This document shows, piece after piece, positions 27,988-36,651 of a stretch of DNA of 64,000 nucleotides. Within the stretch, counting starts at the first letter, position 1. Every line of letters starts with the position of its first letter. Under the pieces are notes generated by a model. It searched no databases. It was not told the origin of the DNA and worked only from the letters and a program-made list of their open reading frames with translations. The stretch lies in contig JBGAML010000001.1 in the NCBI GenBank assembly GCA_044223005.1, positions 160,001-224,000 of the forward strand, read 5' to 3'. The position numbers were made by a program, and so were the translations under genes. The DNA comes from Candidatus Eiseniibacteriota bacterium. Its GTDB lineage: Bacteria > Eisenbacteria > RBG-16-71-46.

Positions 27988-28920
27988 ATGGTCCGCACAC
28001 TCTCCACGCTCCTGCTCGGCGCGTTGCTCGCCGGTTCGGCGCCGCACGGCGCGCCCACGCTGCCGGAATCCACGCGCCGCGTGGTCGCCGGCGGCGTCGA
28101 CTCGCTCGGCCGCGCGACACTCGCGCGCGACGTCGTGCTCGAACCGCGCACGACGGTGCCGCCCGACGTGCCGCAGGCGGCGCTCGACGCCCGCCTCGCC
28201 GGGCGCGTCACCGTGCGCGCGCGCGTCACGCAGTGGGGCACGGTCGACAGCGTGGTCGCGATCTCCGGCGACCCGCGCCTGCGTGCCGCCGCGATGGACG
28301 CGGTGCGCTGGTACGTGTACGCCCCGCAGGCCGAGCCGGCATGGACGCTCGCGACGATCACGATCGACGGCCGCGAGGAGACCGACCCGCTCGGCGTCGA
28401 CATCCTCGGGCTGATCCGTGACGCCGAACGCGACGGCCGCTGGCGCGACGCGCTGGAGGCCTACACCGGCGCGCTGCGCCGGCTCGACCAGCACCCGACG
28501 TTGCGCAACCCGTGGGCGCTGCGCCTGCGCGCCGTGCGCACCGCCGCGCGGCTCGGGGGCCCGGGCTCGCCCGGCGGCTCGATCGAGCTGAAGGCCATCG
28601 CGACACGCGTGCAGCAACAGCGCACGGTCGCGCGCGCCGCGCACGCGGACCTCGTCGCGGACTTCGAGACCTGCCTGCAGGCCGCGCCGTGGTGGGGCGA
28701 GGTCTACCAGTGGGAGGCCGCGTCGCTCCTGGGCTGCGGCCGCTCGAGCGACGCCATCCGGGACCTCCTGCTCTTCCGCGTCGCGTGCCCCGACAGCGTC
28801 TCGCGCGAACGCGCCGAGCGCGCGCTCGCCGGCATCGCGGCCGGCGACACGGTCGTGGTCGGCGAACGGCTCAAGCGCGAGGGCCGGCAGTTCGAAGCGA
28901 AGGACGAGACGTCGAACTAG
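27988..28920 (+). CDS. Exported protein with TonB C-terminal domain and helical (TPR-like) C-terminus
   Basis: Signal peptide; GRVTVRARVTQWGTVDSVVAISGDPRLRAAAMDAVRWYVYAP. Confidence 0.6.
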   Translation: MVRTLSTLLLGALLAGSAPHGAPTLPESTRRVVAGGVDSLGRATLARDVVLEPRTTVPPDVPQAALDARLAGRVTVRARVTQWGTVDSVVAISGDPRLRAAAMDAVRWYVYAPQAEPAWTLATITIDGREETDPLGVDILGLIRDAERDGRWRDALEAYTGALRRLDQHPTLRNPWALRLRAVRTAARLGGPGSPGGSIELKAIATRVQQQRTVARAAHADLVADFETCLQAAPWWGEVYQWEAASLLGCGRSSDAIRDLLLFRVACPDSVSRERAERALAGIAAGDTVVVGERLKREGRQFEAKDETSN

Positions 28921-28924
28921 GGCG

Positions 28925-29767
28925 TCACTCGAAGCGGCGCGCCGCCGCCGACGGCGGTGCGTCGGGCAGCCGCACCGGGCCGCACGAGAAGTTCGCCGGG
29001 CGCTTCTCGACGAACGCCGCCACGCCCTCGGCCGCGTCGCCGGACTCCCAGCACGCGCGCTGCGCCGCGCTCTCGGCGTCGAGGCATTCGGCGAGCGTCC
29101 GCGCGTGCGCAGCCCGCAGGCTCGCCTTGACCGCGCGCACGCTGGTCGCGGGCGCGGCCGCGAGCGCGGCGGCCCACGCGCGCCAGCCGGCATCGAACTC
29201 GGCCGCGGGCCACACGCGCTGCACGAGCCCGAGCCGCAGCATCTCCGGGGCGTCGACCAGCTCGCCGGTCCAGCAGAGCTCCAGCGCCTTCGCGAGCCCC
29301 ACCGCGCGCGGCAGCGCCCACGTGCCGCCCCAGTCGGCGTGCAGGCCGATGCGCACGAACGTCTCGCCGAAGCGAGCGGCGTCGGACGCGAGCCGGACGT
29401 CACACGCGAGCATGAGGTTCGCGCCCGCGCCGGCCGCGACGCCGTTCACGGCCGCGACCACGGGGATCGGCAGCGCGTGCAGCGCGGCGATCACGCGCGC
29501 GCCCGCGTCCACCTGCGGCTCGAGGCCCTCGTAGCCGGCCCCGCGCGCGAACAGCTCGCGCATGAAGTCCACGTCGCCGCCCGCGCAGAACCCGCGGCCC
29601 GCACCCGTGAGCACGAGCACGCGGGCGTCGCTCGCGGCGACGCGCTCGAGCGCCTCGACCAGCTGCTCGCGCATGGTGCCGGCGAACGCGTTCAGCTTCT
29701 CGGGCCGGTTCAGCGTCACGACGGCGACGCCGTCCGAGTGGTCGAGCAGCACTTCGCGCGGGGTCAT
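28925..29767 (-). CDS. Enoyl-CoA hydratase/isomerase (PaaG-like)
   Basis: TLNRPEKLNA, FCAGGD, VNGVAAGAGANL, FVRIGLHADWGGTW, EGVAAFVEKR. Confidence 0.9.
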   Translation of the reverse strand: MTPREVLLDHSDGVAVVTLNRPEKLNAFAGTMREQLVEALERVAASDARVLVLTGAGRGFCAGGDVDFMRELFARGAGYEGLEPQVDAGARVIAALHALPIPVVAAVNGVAAGAGANLMLACDVRLASDAARFGETFVRIGLHADWGGTWALPRAVGLAKALELCWTGELVDAPEMLRLGLVQRVWPAAEFDAGWRAWAAALAAAPATSVRAVKASLRAAHARTLAECLDAESAAQRACWESGDAAEGVAAFVEKRPANFSCGPVRLPDAPPSAAARRFE

Positions 29768-29789
29768 GGGATTCGCTCCTCGGAGACGT

Positions 29790-30974
29790 TCAGGCGCGCT
29801 CGAACAGCACGGCCATGCCCTGGCCGCCGCTCACGCAGAGCGTGGCGATCCCGAGCGACGCGCCGCGGCGTTCGAGTTCGTGCAGCAGCGTCACGACGAT
29901 GCGCGCGCCGCTGCAGCCGGTCGGGTGCCCGAGCGCGATGCCGCCGCCGACGGGGTTCAGCCGCTCCGGATCCATCTTCAGCTCGCGATCGCACGCCAGC
30001 ACCTGCGCCGCGAACGCCTCGTTGAGCTCGATCACCGCGACCTCGTCGAGCGTCCGGCCGGTGCGCTCGAGCAGCTGGCGCACCGCCGGCACGGGCCCGA
30101 GGCCCATGCGCGCGGGATCCAACGCCACGCTCACCGCGCCGAGGATCGCCGCCTGCGGCGTCACGCCGTGCGTGCGCGCGGCGTCCTCCGAGAGCACCAG
30201 CATCGCCGCGGCGCCGTCGGTGATGGCGCTGGCGTTGCCGGCGGTGATCGTGCCGTCATTCCGGAACACGGGCTTGAGCTTCGCCATGTCGGCGACGCTC
30301 GCATCCTCACGAAAGTGCTCGTCGCGCGCGATCGTCGCCGCGCGCTTGCCCTCGCCCACCGTGACCGGCACCACCTCGCGCGCGAACGCGCCGCTCGCCC
30401 ACGCGGCCGCGGCGCGCGCGTGGCTGCGCGCGGCGTAGGCGTCCTGCTCCTCGCGCGGGATCGCGTACTCGGTGGCGAGCGTCTCGGCCGTCTCGCCCAT
30501 CAACTGGTCGCAGAGCGGGCACAGGTAGCCGTCGCGATACATGGCGTCCTGCAGCGGCTGGTCGCCGAGCTTCTGTCCCCAGCGCACGCCGGGCGCGAGG
30601 AACGGGATGCTGCTCATGTGCTCGGTGCCGCCCGCGAGCACCACGCGCGCGTCTCCGAGCCGCACGGACTGCGCCGCACTGACGATCGCCTGCAGGCCGC
30701 TGGCGCACGCCTTGTTGAGCGTCCAGGCGGGCACCGTGTCCGCGAGCCCGGCGCGGCGCACGACCTGGCGCGCGAGGTTGGGGCCGTTGCCCGCCTGGCG
30801 CGCGTGCCCGAACACGCACTCGTCCACGGCGTCGCGCGGCACGCCCGCGCGCTCGATCGCCGCGGCGGCGGCGAGGCCCCCGAGCGCGGCGGAGGAGGAC
30901 GGCGCGAGGCCGCCGCCGAAACGGCCGATCGGCGTACGCACGGCACCGGCGAGGAACACGCGGGACGCGGTCAT
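29790..30974 (-). CDS. Acetyl-CoA C-acyltransferase (thiolase)
   Basis: RTPIGRFGG, NKACASG, NEAFA, GGGIALGHPTG, LCVSGGQG. Confidence 0.94.
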   Translation of the reverse strand: MTASRVFLAGAVRTPIGRFGGGLAPSSSAALGGLAAAAAIERAGVPRDAVDECVFGHARQAGNGPNLARQVVRRAGLADTVPAWTLNKACASGLQAIVSAAQSVRLGDARVVLAGGTEHMSSIPFLAPGVRWGQKLGDQPLQDAMYRDGYLCPLCDQLMGETAETLATEYAIPREEQDAYAARSHARAAAAWASGAFAREVVPVTVGEGKRAATIARDEHFREDASVADMAKLKPVFRNDGTITAGNASAITDGAAAMLVLSEDAARTHGVTPQAAILGAVSVALDPARMGLGPVPAVRQLLERTGRTLDEVAVIELNEAFAAQVLACDRELKMDPERLNPVGGGIALGHPTGCSGARIVVTLLHELERRGASLGIATLCVSGGQGMAVLFERA

Positions 30975-31025
30975 GCGAAGGAGGGTCCTTTCAGGGTGCG
31001 AACGGCCGCGCGCGTACCGCGCGGA

Positions 31026-32225
31026 TCACTCGTTGCGATCGCGGTCGGGGCGCGGGCCGCCGGGACGCGGGCCACCGGGGCGCGGACCACCGGGGCGCGG
31101 ACCGCTCGGCCGCGGACCGCCGGTGCGAGGGCCGGAATCACCGCGCGGCGGATACGGCCGCGGGCCACCGGACGACGGGCCGCCGGGGCGCGGACCGCCC
31201 GGCGCATCGGAGCGCGGCGGATACGGCCGCGAGCCGCCCTCGCGAGGCGGACCGGAGAAGCCGCCCGGGCGCGGCGGGCCGCCGGGGCCCGCGGGCCGCG
31301 GCGAATAAGGGCGCGGGCTGCGCGGCACGAAGCCGCCACGCTCGGGTTCGGGCGCCGCGGTCTTGCCGCCGGTGCGCGCCGCCTGCTTGCGCGCCATCTT
31401 GGACGCTGGGAGGAACTTCCGTCCGCCCTCGCCGCCGAGTTCGCCGCCGCGCCGCGGCAGGCCGCGCTCGTCGTCGCCGCCGCCATATTCCGCGTCGAGC
31501 TCGTCCTCGTCCGGCAGTTCCTCGGGCGCCGGGCCGTGCAGCACGACGAACCAGCCATCGGCGTCCTCGACCTCGACCTGCGGACCCAGCTCGGTCTCGG
31601 CCGGCGCGGTCGCGAATGTGACGCCGCGGCCGCGCAGCTCCGCGGTCCACGCGTCGAAGTCGTCGTCCTCGAACGCGAACGCGACGCGCTGGTCCGCCTG
31701 CAGTGCGGGCGCGTCGGGGTCTTCGCGGTCGTGGATCGTCAGCCGGGTCTCGCCCGTGTCGAACTCCACCGAGCGTTCGTCCTCGTCGGCCAGCTTGAGC
31801 CCGAGCACTTCACGGTAGAAGGCGACCGTCTCGTCGAACTTGGACGCATTGACGATCGCGTGCGAGAGCCGCGGCCACTTGCCCTGCGCGAGCTCGCCGT
31901 TGGGCTCGACCAGGTGGACGCCGTTGCCTTCCGGGTCCGTGAGCAGCGCGTGGCGGCCGATCTCGTCGGTGACGATCGTCGCGTCCCCCGCGGCGCCGCG
32001 CGCCTTCGCCGCCGCGAGCCGGGGCTCGAGCGGTGACGCCGTGATCGCGAGCCGCAGCTCCGCCTTCGCCGCGCCGCCGCGCACCACGAGCGAGGCGCCG
32101 CGCAGCGCGAACACGGTGAGCGACTGATCCGAGCGGGCAGGGTCGAGCCCGAGGCGCTCCTGGTAGAAGGAGCGCTGGCGCTCGGAATCAGGTGTCAGCA
32201 GGACGACGCAGTACAGGCGGCCCAT
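31026..32225 (-). CDS. Double VOC/glyoxalase domain protein with acidic linker and GGPRP-repeat tail
   Basis: FYQERLGL...DPEGNGV and FYREVLGL...DADGW, followed by a low-complexity tail. Confidence 0.8.
   Translation of the reverse strand: MGRLYCVVLLTPDSERQRSFYQERLGLDPARSDQSLTVFALRGASLVVRGGAAKAELRLAITASPLEPRLAAAKARGAAGDATIVTDEIGRHALLTDPEGNGVHLVEPNGELAQGKWPRLSHAIVNASKFDETVAFYREVLGLKLADEDERSVEFDTGETRLTIHDREDPDAPALQADQRVAFAFEDDDFDAWTAELRGRGVTFATAPAETELGPQVEVEDADGWFVVLHGPAPEELPDEDELDAEYGGGDDERGLPRRGGELGGEGGRKFLPASKMARKQAARTGGKTAAPEPERGGFVPRSPRPYSPRPAGPGGPPRPGGFSGPPREGGSRPYPPRSDAPGGPRPGGPSSGGPRPYPPRGDSGPRTGGPRPSGPRPGGPRPGGPRPGGPRPDRDRNE
31048..31122 (-). repeat. Five imperfect 15-bp coding tandem repeats ((G/S)GPRP)
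   Basis: GGGCGCGGACCACCG-like units at 31048, 31063, 31078, 31093 and 31108. Confidence 0.75.
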
Positions 32226-32247
32226 GACCGTCTCGGGGAAGGGTGGA

Positions 32248-33711
32248 TCATTCCAGGTTCAGCCAGACGCTCTTCACCTGAGTGTACTCCTGCAGGCAAG
32301 CCGCCCCGAGGTCGCGGCCGAAACCGCTGCCCTTGGTGCCGCCGAACGGCATGCCGGGATCGTAGAAATTGTAGGTATTGACCCACACGGTGCCGGCCTT
32401 GATGGCGCGCGCGACCACGTGCGCCTTGCGCACGTCGCGCGTCCAGACGCCCGAGGCGAGGCCGTAGAAGACGTCGTTGGCCTTGGCGACCGCGTCGTCC
32501 ACGCCGTCGAAGGGGATCACGGCCAGTACGGGTCCGAAGATCTCCTCCTGCGCCACCTTCATGCGGTTGTCGACGTCGGCCAGCACGGTCGCCTGGACGA
32601 ACGTGCCCTTGCCGTTCACCGGGGCGCGCTGGCCGCCCGCGACCAGGCGAGCGCCTTCCTTCACACCGGCCTCGACGTAGCCGAGCACGCTGTTCATCTG
32701 CTTCTCGTTGACCAGCGCGCCGAGGCGCGTCTTGGGATCGAGCGGGTCGGCGGGCACCAGCTTCTTCGCGCGCTCGGCGAGCTTCGCCACGAAGTCGTCG
32801 TAGATCGACTTCTCGACCAGCAGCCGCGAGCCCGCGGCGCACACCTCGCCCTTGCCGTAGAAGATGCCGGTCGTCGCGCCACGCACGGCGGCGTCGAGGT
32901 CGGCGTCGGCGAACACGATGTTGGGCGACTTGCCGCCCAGCTCGAGCGTCAACTTCTTCACCGTGTCCGCGGCGGTGCGCATGATGTGCTGCCCGACCTC
33001 AGTGGAGCCGGTGAAGCTGATCTTGTCGACCATCGGGTGCTTCACCAGCGCCTCGCCCGCCACCGAGCCCGGGCCGGGCACGATGTTGAGCACGCCCGGC
33101 GGCAGTCCGGCCTCGAGCGCCAGCTCGCCGATGCGGATCGCGGTGAGCGGCGTCTCGGCCGCGGGCTTGAGCACGACCGTGTTGCCGGCGGCCAGCGCGG
33201 GCGCGGCCTTCCAGCCGACCATGATCATCGGGAAGTTCCACGGAATGATCGCGCCGACCACGCCCAGTGGCTCGCGCAGCGTGTAGGTGAAGAACGCCGG
33301 GTTCACGGGCACGGTCTCGCCGGTCAGCTTGGTGGCCCAACCCGAGAAGTAGTGGAAGCAGCTCGCCACCATGCCGATGTCGATCTGCCGCGATTCGAAG
33401 ATCGGCTTGCCGTTGTCGAGCGTCTCGAGCCGCGCGATCTCGTCGGCGTTGGCGAGGATCAGGTCGCCGAGCTTGTGCAGGATCCGCGCGCGCTCGGCCG
33501 GGCGCATCGTGCGCCACGGGCCGTCGTCGAACGCCGCACGCGCCGCGCGCACGGCGCGGTCCACGTCCTCGACGCCCGCCTGCGCGACGTGCGTGATCAG
33601 CTCCTCGGTGGCGGGATTGCGGGTCTCGAACGTCTTCCCCGACGCCGCGTCCACCGCTTCGCCACCGATGATCAGCTTGCCCGGACGAACCGGCGCGACC
33701 GTCCCCGACAT
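32248..33711 (-). CDS. NAD(P)+ aldehyde dehydrogenase
   Basis: IIPWNFP, FTGSTEVG, LELGGKSP, GEVCAAG, EEIFGPV. Confidence 0.95.
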   Translation of the reverse strand: MSGTVAPVRPGKLIIGGEAVDAASGKTFETRNPATEELITHVAQAGVEDVDRAVRAARAAFDDGPWRTMRPAERARILHKLGDLILANADEIARLETLDNGKPIFESRQIDIGMVASCFHYFSGWATKLTGETVPVNPAFFTYTLREPLGVVGAIIPWNFPMIMVGWKAAPALAAGNTVVLKPAAETPLTAIRIGELALEAGLPPGVLNIVPGPGSVAGEALVKHPMVDKISFTGSTEVGQHIMRTAADTVKKLTLELGGKSPNIVFADADLDAAVRGATTGIFYGKGEVCAAGSRLLVEKSIYDDFVAKLAERAKKLVPADPLDPKTRLGALVNEKQMNSVLGYVEAGVKEGARLVAGGQRAPVNGKGTFVQATVLADVDNRMKVAQEEIFGPVLAVIPFDGVDDAVAKANDVFYGLASGVWTRDVRKAHVVARAIKAGTVWVNTYNFYDPGMPFGGTKGSGFGRDLGAACLQEYTQVKSVWLNLE

Positions 33712-33730
33712 GAATCCTCCGTTGGGTGCC

Positions 33731-34906
33731 TCAAGAGATGCGGACGAGCTTCACCTGCTCCGCGTGATGACGGTCGTGTGCGACGAGCGCGAGCAGCATG
33801 GCGCCGAACGGGTGCGCCGCGGTCCAGCGCTCGGCGGGTTCGGCCGGGACGGCGAGCAGCGCCGTGACGAGACGGTCGCGCAGCACCTGCATGCGTCCCA
33901 GCGCCTCGTCCCACGAGAGGCCGCGCCACGGCGCGAGGTGCGATTCGTTCACCTTCGCCATCGCCTCGCCCTCGACGCCCTTCCACGAAGGGTTCGCGCC
34001 GGCCAGCACCGCGTCGAACTCGTCGAGCCGCGCCTGGTCGCGCGCGGCGAGGTGCAGCACCAGCTCGCGCACGGTCCAGCGGCCGGGGCCGAGCGGGCGC
34101 TCGCCCGAACCGCCGGAGAGACCTTTGAGCGCCGCCTGCACCGCAGTGCGCGCGCGCTGCAGGTCGAAGAGCATCAGCTCCTTCGCGTTCGCACTCGCGC
34201 GCTGCGGCGCGAAGGCGGGCGTGAACGCGGGCGCTTTGCGCTTGCGCGCGTCGCGGATCTGCTGCGCGTGATGGCGGTCGTGCGTCGCGTAGCCGTCCAG
34301 CGCCGCGCCCAGCGCGTGCGCCTTGGTCCAGCGCTCGGCCGGCTTCGCGGGCACCGCGGCCAGCAGCCCGAGCAGCAGCGCGCGCTGCTCGGCCCACAGC
34401 CGGCGCACCTCGTCCCACGGCAGGTCCTTGCCCGCGGCGACGGCCGCAGCGTTGGCGGCGTTCACGCGCGCGCCGCCCAACGGCTCGTGCGGCTGGTTGC
34501 GGAGCACCGCGGCCGGCAGCACGCCGAGCATCCACTCGTCCCAGTACGCGAGGTGCAGCAGGATCTGCCGCGCGTTCCAGCGCCCCGGCGCGATCGGCCG
34601 CTCGGCCGCATCGGCCGAGAGTCCGCGGATCGCCGCGAGGATCGCATCACAGCCGCGCTCCAGGTCGCGCACCGCGGCGGCGCGCGGCGACGTGCTCGGC
34701 GCGGCGGGCCTCGTCGAACGCTTCGCCGCGGGACGCTTCTTCGCGGGCGCGGCCGCCTTCGGCGCGGTGACGCGCTGCTTCGCGGGCGCGGCCGCCTTGC
34801 GGGCGGCGACACGATTCTTCGCGGTGGACTTCGCAGTGCTCCGGGGCTTCGCGCGACGTGCGGCGGCGGTGGAACGCGCGGCCTTCTTCGTGCGTCGGGC
34901 GGGCAT
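33731..34906 (-). CDS. Tandem DinB-superfamily protein with histone-H1-like N-terminal tail
   Basis: Two copies of W-x7-H...HDRHH; Lys/Ala/Arg-rich first ~70 aa. Confidence 0.75.
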   Translation of the reverse strand: MPARRTKKAARSTAAARRAKPRSTAKSTAKNRVAARKAAAPAKQRVTAPKAAAPAKKRPAAKRSTRPAAPSTSPRAAAVRDLERGCDAILAAIRGLSADAAERPIAPGRWNARQILLHLAYWDEWMLGVLPAAVLRNQPHEPLGGARVNAANAAAVAAGKDLPWDEVRRLWAEQRALLLGLLAAVPAKPAERWTKAHALGAALDGYATHDRHHAQQIRDARKRKAPAFTPAFAPQRASANAKELMLFDLQRARTAVQAALKGLSGGSGERPLGPGRWTVRELVLHLAARDQARLDEFDAVLAGANPSWKGVEGEAMAKVNESHLAPWRGLSWDEALGRMQVLRDRLVTALLAVPAEPAERWTAAHPFGAMLLALVAHDRHHAEQVKLVRIS

Positions 34907-35066
34907 GGACGGGGCAGTCTCCGGTGGTCCGCGATCGGCCGAGGGGGGCGACGCGCATGGCGGAAAGGCAGCGTGCGCGGCGCGGGCGAACCCCCAAGCT
35001 ATCAGGCCCGATACGGCGCTTCAATGCCCGTGAATCGCGCCCCGGGCCGCAGGGCCGAACCCGGCG

Positions 35067-35927
35067 TCAGCCCTTCGCGGGGTAGTCGTAGACGCCACGC
35101 CCGGACTTGCGGCCGAGGCGGCCGGCGGCGACGTACTGCTCCATGAGCGGGCAGGGCCGGAACTTCTCGCCCAGCGTGCGGTGCAGGAAGCGCAGGATCG
35201 AGAGCCGCGTGTCGAGACCGACCAGGTCCACGAGTTCGAACGGGCCCATGGGGTGGTTCAATCCCAGCTTGAGGGCCCGGTCGATGTCGGCGGCGCTCGC
35301 GACGCCCTCCTGCAGCATGTAGAAGGCCTCGTTGCCGATCATCGCGTTGATGCGCGAGGTCACGAACCCGGGCGATTCGCGCACCGTGACGCACTCCTTC
35401 CCCATCCGCTCACCCACGGCCGCGCAGGCGGCCAGCGTTTCCTCGCTGGTCTCGAGCGCGCGGACGATCTCCAGCAGCTTCATCCGGTGCACGGGGTTGA
35501 AGAAGTGCATGCCCACGACCTTCGGCGCGCGGCGTGTGGCCGCGGCCATCTCGGTGATCGAGAGCGAGGAGGTGTTGGAGGCGAGGATCGCCTCGGGCGG
35601 CGCGATCGCGTCCACCCGGGCGAACGTCTCGACCTTGAGTGCGATGTCCTCGGGCGCCGCCTCGATCACGAGGTCGGCGTCGCGCACCGCTTCCTCGAGC
35701 GAGCCGGCCGTCGTGAGCCGCTTGCGCGCGGCGATCGCGTCCGAGTCCGTCACCTTGCCCGTCGCGACGCCCTTTTCGAGCGTGGCGTCGATCTCCGACG
35801 CGCCCCGCTCGAGGGCGTCGCGATTGGGGTCGTGCAGGCGCGTGGCGTACCCGCCCACGGCCGACACGTACGCGATGCCGCGCCCCATCAGGCCGGCGCC
35901 CAGCACCGCGATGGTGCGAACCGTCAC
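35067..35927 (-). CDS. 3-hydroxyacyl-CoA dehydrogenase
   Basis: GAGLMGRGIA, IEAAPE, SNTSSLS, GMHFFNP, PMGPFELVDLVGLD, GRKSGRG. The GTG overlaps the bioY stop. Confidence 0.94.
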   Translation of the reverse strand: MTVRTIAVLGAGLMGRGIAYVSAVGGYATRLHDPNRDALERGASEIDATLEKGVATGKVTDSDAIAARKRLTTAGSLEEAVRDADLVIEAAPEDIALKVETFARVDAIAPPEAILASNTSSLSITEMAAATRRAPKVVGMHFFNPVHRMKLLEIVRALETSEETLAACAAVGERMGKECVTVRESPGFVTSRINAMIGNEAFYMLQEGVASAADIDRALKLGLNHPMGPFELVDLVGLDTRLSILRFLHRTLGEKFRPCPLMEQYVAAGRLGRKSGRGVYDYPAKG

Positions 35928-36511
35928 GCGTTCTCCGAGCGCTTGACTGCGCCCCACGCGAGCGGGAACAGGCCCGCCGCGATCGCCGACTTGAGCACGT
36001 CGCCGGGCAGGAACGGCAGCAGGCCGGTCGCGAGCAGCGAGCCCTGCGGCACGAAGCGCGAGAGCTGGACGAGGCCGACCGCGAAGATCACCGCCGAGCC
36101 CGCGAGCATGGCGAGGAACATGGTGAGCGGCTTGCGGTCCCACGCACGCTCGGCGAGCAGGCCGGTGACCAGGGCCGCGAACGGGAACGACACGAGGTAG
36201 CCGCCCGAGGGCCCGACCAGGTGGATCGGGCCGGCCGCGCCGCCCGAGAAGACGGGCGCGCCGCAGGTGCCGGCGACCAGGTAGAGCGCCTGCGCGAGGA
36301 ACGCGCGCCGAGCGCCGAGCACGGCGCCGCACAGCAGCACGACCATCGTCTGTCCGGTCAAGGGCACGGGCGTCCAGGGCAGGCGGATCTCGAACTGGGC
36401 CGCGACCGCGGTGAGCGCGGCGGCGAGCAGGACGAGCACGACGTTCATCGCGGCGCCGGCGCGCGGCAGGGCGGCGTCGGCGAGCGTCAGCGAGCGATCG
36501 GCAACGGACAT
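35924..36511 (-). CDS. bioY: Biotin transporter BioY
   Basis: PVPLTGQT, LYLVAG..GAPVFSGG, GPSGGYLVSF, PFLPGDVLK. Confidence 0.92.
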   Translation of the reverse strand: MSVADRSLTLADAALPRAGAAMNVVLVLLAAALTAVAAQFEIRLPWTPVPLTGQTMVVLLCGAVLGARRAFLAQALYLVAGTCGAPVFSGGAAGPIHLVGPSGGYLVSFPFAALVTGLLAERAWDRKPLTMFLAMLAGSAVIFAVGLVQLSRFVPQGSLLATGLLPFLPGDVLKSAIAAGLFPLAWGAVKRSENA

Positions 36512-36651
36512 GGGGACACCTCGCGTAAAACCGGTGCCGCGCGTCCACCCGGTGGGGCGCGCAGCGGGACGGGAACGCCGCAATGTAACAGGGGTGCGAA
36601 CAGGCGTTCAACGCCCGCGCGGCGCGCCGGCGGCCCGCGGTCCCGTCCGGC

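Noticed and set aside
31048..31122. Repeats as a CRISPR array
   Set aside because: 15-bp in-frame coding repeats with no spacers and no cas genes.
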